A stretch of DNA of 64,000 bases from a virus: IMG/VR virus record IMGVR_UViG_3300032285_004186. The stretch is one strand, 5' to 3'. Below are positions 58,230 through 64,000 of this stretch, piece by piece. The notes under the pieces were generated by a model. The model ran no database searches. It worked only from the letters and a program-made list of their open reading frames with translations, and was not told where the DNA came from. The first letter of the stretch is position 1. Each line of letters starts with the position of its first letter. The position numbers and the translations under genes were made by a program.

Positions 58230-59597
58230 ATGAGACAGTTTACTTATGAAATTTATGAACAAGATTGTGTTGGTAGTAGTGCCGGCAAACACAATTTTAA
58301 TAGTTTAAGCTTGGAAACTCAAATTTGCAATTTGTCTAGCAATTTTATGTCTCCTACCAATACATATAATACTTCCATGGAAGGATTTTTGGCAGAGGTG
58401 GATAAATTAAAAGGATTTGGAGATATATCTAGATATATTAAAACCTATACAACAGTTTCTCTTTTAAGTTCTTTTTGGAATACACAAGATTTTTCCGTAT
58501 TATATCCCCTTAATATATCTAGTATAAACAATTTACCAATTTCCAATCCAACCATTCAAACTCCGGGAGCGGTTTTAAATTCTTTAGCTCAATCTTATTT
58601 AACAGTTAATTTTCCTCCTTCTAATTTTCTACCAAATACTAAAGCAAGTGTTAATATGTTTGTTTACAGTGAAGCATTTAATCCATCAGATCCTAATCAC
58701 TTACAAGCTACTACAGTTGATAAAGAATTTTCTTTTATGAACAGAACTATGTCTGTTTCTCAGACTCGCAAGGATGTTCATTTAGATCACGGTAATATTT
58801 TACAATTTGTTAATGTTAATAATTCTTGGAAATGTGTTAATGTTATAAGTCCTTTAATTAATCTCAATGATTCCAATCGTAAAAAAATATTTTTAAATGT
58901 TAATTCCTTTCAAACAAATTATAACATAGGCACGGCAGTATCTAGTCGAACAGATTATGTTCCAGGATTTACAGATATAGTAGTTACCATAGCAGATGGA
59001 GTTTTTATTTCTGCCTCCACTCCTTCAGAAGCTGCATTAACTATAGGCAATCTTCAAAACGGAGATTATGTTATATTATTTAATAACGGGACAATTATAG
59101 GTGCAGGAGGAACTGGAGGCACTGGTGGAAATAGTTTTGATACGGGGTCTGTTTTAGGATCCAACGGAGGAGAAGGTGGTGTGGCTATAGCTGCATTCAT
59201 GCCATGTACTATAGAAAATAGGGGACATATATATGGAGGTGGCGGCGGAGGCGCAGGCGGAACTGGAGGATTAACTGGTTCTAATTCTGTAGGTGGTGGA
59301 GGCGGAGGAGGTGCTGGCTCTGTTGGTGGCTTAGGAGGTACTAGAGGTAGTAATAAGTTGTTTAAATCTAAAAATGTGTTTGTTAAAGATGGTTCAAACG
59401 GCACAGAAACTAAAGCAGGGATAGGTGGTCCTGGGCTTTCATCAGACCCACGAGCTACTGGAGGATCTGGTGGTCTTTTAGGTCAGCCGGGTCTCAATTC
59501 TGATTCAGCTTTTGGTGGTTCTGCTGGTAACTATATATTAGGAAATACTAATGTTTATTGGTCTATTGCTGGTGATGTATTGGGTAATATAGCATAA
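58230..59597 (+). CDS. Virion protein, paralogue 3 of 3, fused to a gp38-like polyglycine adhesin domain
   Basis: CVGSS...N.N, TTVSLLSSFW, VLYP, VNFP; then NNGTIIGAGG.GG, GG.GG.A, NRGHIYGGGGGG. Confidence 0.7.
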   Translation: MRQFTYEIYEQDCVGSSAGKHNFNSLSLETQICNLSSNFMSPTNTYNTSMEGFLAEVDKLKGFGDISRYIKTYTTVSLLSSFWNTQDFSVLYPLNISSINNLPISNPTIQTPGAVLNSLAQSYLTVNFPPSNFLPNTKASVNMFVYSEAFNPSDPNHLQATTVDKEFSFMNRTMSVSQTRKDVHLDHGNILQFVNVNNSWKCVNVISPLINLNDSNRKKIFLNVNSFQTNYNIGTAVSSRTDYVPGFTDIVVTIADGVFISASTPSEAALTIGNLQNGDYVILFNNGTIIGAGGTGGTGGNSFDTGSVLGSNGGEGGVAIAAFMPCTIENRGHIYGGGGGGAGGTGGLTGSNSVGGGGGGGAGSVGGLGGTRGSNKLFKSKNVFVKDGSNGTETKAGIGGPGLSSDPRATGGSGGLLGQPGLNSDSAFGGSAGNYILGNTNVYWSIAGDVLGNIA

Positions 59598-59606
59598 TAT
59601 AATTTT

Positions 59607-60005
59607 ATGTATGTTTTATTTAACAAAGACAATAAATTTATAGGATATTCGCCAGATATATCACCTCAAGCCAACATTTTAAAAAAAGAAATACCATCTT
59701 CACAACAAGATTTAAATGTATGGAAATGGGTTGGTGATTACCACACCGGCAAAATGGTTTCAATTTTTGAAGAAAATTTTAATCAAGAAGAATTAGAAGA
59801 AGAAAAAAAAGCCTTTGCAAATATTAATGAAAAATATCCTATAGGTGTACAATTGGCTAACATTATCAGGCAAATCAAAAAAATAGCAGATTCATTACCA
59901 ATATCCACACAAGATGACAGATTTATGGACATGGCAGAGATTATATTGAATACACTAGACAAACATGACAAGCGAATTAAATATGCTTTAACTAGAAAAA
60001 AATGA
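59607..60005 (+). CDS. Hypothetical protein (possible tail-fibre assembly factor)
   Basis: 132-aa ORF after the adhesin; function suggested by position only. Confidence 0.45.
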   Translation: MYVLFNKDNKFIGYSPDISPQANILKKEIPSSQQDLNVWKWVGDYHTGKMVSIFEENFNQEELEEEKKAFANINEKYPIGVQLANIIRQIKKIADSLPISTQDDRFMDMAEIILNTLDKHDKRIKYALTRKK

Positions 60006-60460
60006 ATACTAAAAAAGATCCACATTTATATTTTAAATACAACCGTGGCCTGGGTCATTTTGTGGCCAGTGTTTTACATTCCAAAGCTTTTGGTTGGTTG
60101 ACCAAACTCATTACTGGCAAAGACAAACCCTGTACAGTTTGCTCTAAAAGAGCAGATGCTTTAAATGTTTTGTTTCCTATACCTTTTTGGAAATTGTTTT
60201 TTAAAACAGAAAAAGAAATGTTTGAATCTTTGAATAAAGATTTAATAGATGCAGGTTATTCGACTTATTTATCTCAAGACAAAACACATTTAAAATCTGT
60301 TAAAGGAGAATTAATTCAGAATATAGTTGAAAAACCATTCAATCCTTTGAGTGATTTATTTAATGATGAAAAATTAACAAAATACACATTTATAAGCTCT
60401 AGTGATCAGGAAGTAGATCATTTATTAGTTAGGACACAATATTTTAAACTTAAAAATTAA
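60002..60460 (+). CDS. Hypothetical protein with CxxC motif
   Basis: RGLGHFV...KPCTVCSKRADALN. Confidence 0.55.
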   Translation: MNTKKDPHLYFKYNRGLGHFVASVLHSKAFGWLTKLITGKDKPCTVCSKRADALNVLFPIPFWKLFFKTEKEMFESLNKDLIDAGYSTYLSQDKTHLKSVKGELIQNIVEKPFNPLSDLFNDEKLTKYTFISSSDQEVDHLLVRTQYFKLKN

Positions 60461-60462
60461 TT

Positions 60463-60924
60463 ATGGAAATCACGGTCATTTCAACACAAACAGAAAACTC
60501 TTTAGACACAACTCAATATTTTGGTCTTTTATTATCCAAAGCTTTAACCACCATTCACATGGTTCATTGGTATATTTTAAATCATAATATTCATGAAATC
60601 TTGGGTGATCTTTATGAGGATTTAGATGGTCTTTTTGATAAATTGCAAGAAGAAATTATTGGCACTTCCAAATCTCAGGGCAAATTATTTCCAGGATTTT
60701 CTCCAGAGACTTTCAATATAGACGATTTATCTCTATATAAAGGAGATAATGAAGACCTCATGGATACCTATTATAAAACCTCTGTTAAGCTAGTAGCTAT
60801 CTTGAATTCCTTGGAGTTTTCTAATTATATTGAGTCAGTGGACTCTGGGCTAAATAACACGAAGGAAGATATTCTTTCCCGTATTAATAAGGCTAATTAT
60901 TTATTAGCCATGATACAACTATAA
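60463..60924 (+). CDS. Ferritin/Dps-like four-helix protein (DUF5856-like)
   Basis: HMVHW...HEILGDLYEDLDGLFDKLQE and C-terminal INKANYLL. Confidence 0.7.
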   Translation: MEITVISTQTENSLDTTQYFGLLLSKALTTIHMVHWYILNHNIHEILGDLYEDLDGLFDKLQEEIIGTSKSQGKLFPGFSPETFNIDDLSLYKGDNEDLMDTYYKTSVKLVAILNSLEFSNYIESVDSGLNNTKEDILSRINKANYLLAMIQL

Positions 60925-62042
60925 TCTGTTCCATAGATTCCTTTTAAATCTAAAGAAGAACTTTTTTCATACCAGCCATTTCCTTGATAGATGTTAAGTA
61001 CTTGTTGAAAGTAATGTTCGTATTTTCTAGCAATTACTTCCATGGAATAATTGGCATTGGCCCAATCGGCACAGGTTTGTGAGTTAATATTTGAAATATT
61101 ATTAATGGCCCAAACAAAATCTTCCATAGTTCTTCCGCGATAACCTGTAACTCCGTGAAGATTAACTTCTGTAAAGGCTCCCCAATCAGAAGAAATAACC
61201 GGTGTTCCGGACATTAAATATTCTACCTGTACTCCTCCAAAGGGTTCTATGTAAGTGCTAGCTATAAAACCAGCTTTGGCTTTAGACATTAATTTTTTAC
61301 GTTTTTCAATATCTGCATATCCAACATAATTTACATGGGAAGGCCAATCTTTTAAACCAACATTTTCTGGACCCCCTTGTCCTGCTATAACTAATTGATG
61401 ACCAGTTTGTTCTGTAGCTTGTATGGCTATATCAACCCCTTTACCGGACGTAATTCTTCCAAGTGCTAGGATATAATCTTCCTTTTCAGAAGAAAAGGTA
61501 AATTCAGATGGATCAAAATAATTTGGTATGACCGTATGATACCAATCCATGATTCCACTTTTTACAGCTTCTACACCACACAAAGCATGCATTACTGCAT
61601 AGGATTCAAATACTTTAAATCTGGCAAAAGAATGTGGATATCCAATACCGGGCTCTACTGTAATTAAATCTGGATTAGCGTCACACGCGCCTTTAACTCC
61701 GTATCCCCAGAAGGCTAAAATAAAATCATTTTTTTGTTTTCTTTTAAAAATTTCTTCTCCTGCTTTTTTATTAAAGGTTATATGAGCATGGTCATCAGCA
61801 CTATGTTTAAAGAAATTTTTTCTCCAATCATAATTGCCGTAAGAAATTTCTAAATCCTTATTAGTAGTAACAGTTACCTGTTCATCTGCATCTGTTACAC
61901 TATCTTCATGTCCATAATGGATAAGAGTATGTCCTCTTCCTTTCATCATTCGACAAAACTTGACTACTTTTTGAGTAAAGGCACAAGCATTGTATTCAGT
62001 TGAACTAACTGTGTGAGGTAATCCCAAGACATGAAATCTCAT
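60897..62042 (-). CDS. GT4-family (GT-B) glycosyltransferase
   Basis: LALGRITSGKGVDIAI, IAGQG, EPFGGVQVE (EX7E), GTPVISSDWGAFTE, GVTGY. Confidence 0.9.
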   Translation of the reverse strand: MRFHVLGLPHTVSSTEYNACAFTQKVVKFCRMMKGRGHTLIHYGHEDSVTDADEQVTVTTNKDLEISYGNYDWRKNFFKHSADDHAHITFNKKAGEEIFKRKQKNDFILAFWGYGVKGACDANPDLITVEPGIGYPHSFARFKVFESYAVMHALCGVEAVKSGIMDWYHTVIPNYFDPSEFTFSSEKEDYILALGRITSGKGVDIAIQATEQTGHQLVIAGQGGPENVGLKDWPSHVNYVGYADIEKRKKLMSKAKAGFIASTYIEPFGGVQVEYLMSGTPVISSDWGAFTEVNLHGVTGYRGRTMEDFVWAINNISNINSQTCADWANANYSMEVIARKYEHYFQQVLNIYQGNGWYEKSSSLDLKGIYGTDYSCIMANK

Positions 62043-62047
62043 ATAGT

Positions 62048-62077
62048 AATATATAAGAAATATAATCTTTTATTCAA
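62048..62077 (-). promoter_or_regulatory. Putative sigma70-type promoter TTGAAT-N18-TATATT
   Basis: -10 ends 5 nt before the GT4 ATG at 62042. Confidence 0.5.
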
Positions 62078-62083
62078 CAAAAA

Positions 62084-64000
62084 TTAACTTTGTTTAGAAG
62101 CTTCTAATTCTGCTATTCTAAGATCTAAAACATCTACTTTAGTCTTAAGTTCTTTAATAGCTGCAGTTAAAACTGCTATTAAATTACCCTCAGCAATACC
62201 CAAGAATTCTTCTTCTCTTTTTGAATTAATAATATTGCCACTTTCATCCAAGACTTCCGGTATTTCACAGGTATTAGATTTAACAATAGCATTAACAAAG
62301 GAAGTGTCTTTAAAAGTCTCTTTTACCTCTTGAGCAACAAAACCAACTGTAGAAGTAGTTTTATCAAAATTATGAACTGGATGAGACTTCCAATCAAAAG
62401 AAACTGGATTAAGTTTATCTACCCAATTTAATGCTCCGGACAAAGAATTAATGTTTTGTTTGTATCTTCCATCTGAGGTAGCTATTGTATTACTGGTAGC
62501 AAATATTTGACTATTAACTTGAAGTTTATAGGCAGAATTGTTGCTAGAATTATACCCTATCAACATAGTTCCATTTAAAACAGAAGATGCTCTGGTGTTA
62601 AATATACTGGAATTTTGAACTGCCACAGATATACATCTACCATCAGAAGATACTGCCACATCTCTCCAGGCTGCAGTCCACCATTTGGCAGACCAAGTAG
62701 CTCCGTAATCATAAGAAACCCAAACATTTCCCGCATCTATGGTGCCCACTTGCACTCTACCATCTGCAGACATTGCAAAGTAAGACCAAGTCCTAGTTGT
62801 ATCTGTTACTTTTGCTGTCCAGGATAATCCATAATCATAAGATATATATATGTAGCCAGGACCAGTGCCAGTAGTCATTATTCTACCGTCTGCTGACATA
62901 GCAATTCCATTGATTGAACCAGAACCAGCCGTAAATTTTGCAGCAAAGGTAACTCCGTAATCATAAGAAATATATACAGAACCCCCAGCTGAGGCATCCA
63001 CAGCCGCCATTATTCTTCCGTCTGAGGACATTTTAACATCCCACCAAATTCTAATACCTAAAGACGTTACAGTTGCCCATGTAACACCATAATTGTAAGA
63101 AACACTCACAACTGAGTTTGAATTGAATTTACCGGATAACATTATTCTTCCATCAGAATTTGTTGCTACACAAAAGCTCAACCCATTTGATCCTGGTGTG
63201 GTTACTGCAGACCAAGTAGCACCACCGTCTCTAGATATTTTAACATAGGTAGACCAGGCTGATACTATCACAGTTTTACCATCTGAAGATATGGCAACTC
63301 TATAAGCGTTACCGCTAGTGTTACCAACTATACTGAAAGTTGCTCCGTAATCATAGGACATATATATTGCACCTGTATCATAATCAGCTGTTACTTGAGT
63401 TTTGCCGTCTGAAGACATCGCTATACCTACAAAGGAAGCTGATGCACTGGAAGCAATGGTGGAAGCAAATGTATCATCTACTAACCCCAAATGATTTTCT
63501 TTAATACCGATTCTTCCGAAAAATGCTCCATTTAGATTTTGACCCAAAAGTAAATTATTAGTAGAAAAAGATGCTGGATTGTTATAGAGAGCTATTCCGG
63601 AAGTAACTGCCTGTGGAGTTATTGTTAAAAACGGACTAGGAGTCAAAAGAATACTGGAAAAAACTGGTTGAATACTTAAAACTCCACTCACTGTTCCTCC
63701 GGTTAAGGAAAAGGCAGTTGCATTTATACCAGTTAATTTACTACCATCACCATAATGAACTCCACTTAATGCTAAAGCACTAACAGAACTAAACACTACG
63801 TTAGTTGGCAAAACATAACTAGATGGAATACCAGTCAATTTACTACCATCACCATAATAAATACCACTCAAAGCCAAAGCACTAACTGAACTAAATACTA
63901 CATTAGTAGGCAAAGAGTAAGTCGGGGCATTAATGTTACCACTGCCGTCTATGGTTATGTTACCACCTGTCTTGACACCACCTAGAACACTGCTTGAAGC
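62084..64000 (-). CDS. Tail fibre with Asp-box/BNR propeller and S74 chaperone (5' end beyond the window)
   Basis: Frame is open to the right edge (ASSSVLGGVKTGGNITIDGSG...); six S-x-(D/N)-x-G-x-(T/S)-(W/F) boxes; TSDGRYKQNI, LNPVSFDW, GFVAQE. Confidence 0.85.
   Translation of the reverse strand, partial: ASSSVLGGVKTGGNITIDGSGNINAPTYSLPTNVVFSSVSALALSGIYYGDGSKLTGIPSSYVLPTNVVFSSVSALALSGVHYGDGSKLTGINATAFSLTGGTVSGVLSIQPVFSSILLTPSPFLTITPQAVTSGIALYNNPASFSTNNLLLGQNLNGAFFGRIGIKENHLGLVDDTFASTIASSASASFVGIAMSSDGKTQVTADYDTGAIYMSYDYGATFSIVGNTSGNAYRVAISSDGKTVIVSAWSTYVKISRDGGATWSAVTTPGSNGLSFCVATNSDGRIMLSGKFNSNSVVSVSYNYGVTWATVTSLGIRIWWDVKMSSDGRIMAAVDASAGGSVYISYDYGVTFAAKFTAGSGSINGIAMSADGRIMTTGTGPGYIYISYDYGLSWTAKVTDTTRTWSYFAMSADGRVQVGTIDAGNVWVSYDYGATWSAKWWTAAWRDVAVSSDGRCISVAVQNSSIFNTRASSVLNGTMLIGYNSSNNSAYKLQVNSQIFATSNTIATSDGRYKQNINSLSGALNWVDKLNPVSFDWKSHPVHNFDKTTSTVGFVAQEVKETFKDTSFVNAIVKSNTCEIPEVLDESGNIINSKREEEFLGIAEGNLIAVLTAAIKELKTKVDVLDLRIAELEASKQS
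63725..63913 (-). repeat. Two-copy direct repeat, 102-bp period
   Basis: LPTNVVFSSVSALALSG(I/V)(Y/H)YGDGSKLTGI twice, differing mostly at synonymous sites. Confidence 0.85.

Noticed and set aside
1-64000. Stop-codon reassignment
   Set aside because: Core genes are full length in the standard code and coding density is high; TAG (4833, 16595) and TGA (2932, 22557) end genes right at the next gene's boundary.

Overview
AT-rich 64-kb segment of a large, divergent T4-like (myovirus-type) bacteriophage. No host housekeeping genes, rRNA, tRNA, CRISPR array or integrase were recognised. The left ~26 kb interleaves DNA metabolism genes (UvsW, UvsY, GIY-YIG nuclease, primase, both clamp-loader subunits ~14 kb apart, DinG-like helicase, dUTPase, two AAA_28-type kinases, DenV-like glycosylase, GroES) with head genes (gp15, portal gp20, neck gp13, gp4, protease gp21, scaffold gp22, major capsid gp23, probable small terminase). 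The right ~38 kb is baseplate/tail: gp25, gp6, several very large virion proteins, a 2968-aa Cys/Asn beta-solenoid fibre, collagen, Asp-box and gp38-like polyglycine fibres, and three S74 chaperone domains. The three best leads are: (1) a QueC - Ntn glutamine amidotransferase - GT2 glycosyltransferase - DUF366 operon, a candidate unexplained modification pathway; (2) an L-S-[A/G/S] tripeptide enriched in outer virion proteins but not seen in the enzymes, alongside three phage glycosyltransferases, a candidate sequon-directed virion glycosylation system; (3) both promoter classes usually lie 5-6 nt from the ATG with no Shine-Dalgarno, suggesting largely leaderless expression. All family calls come from motif recognition by eye and all counts are manual; no database search was run.
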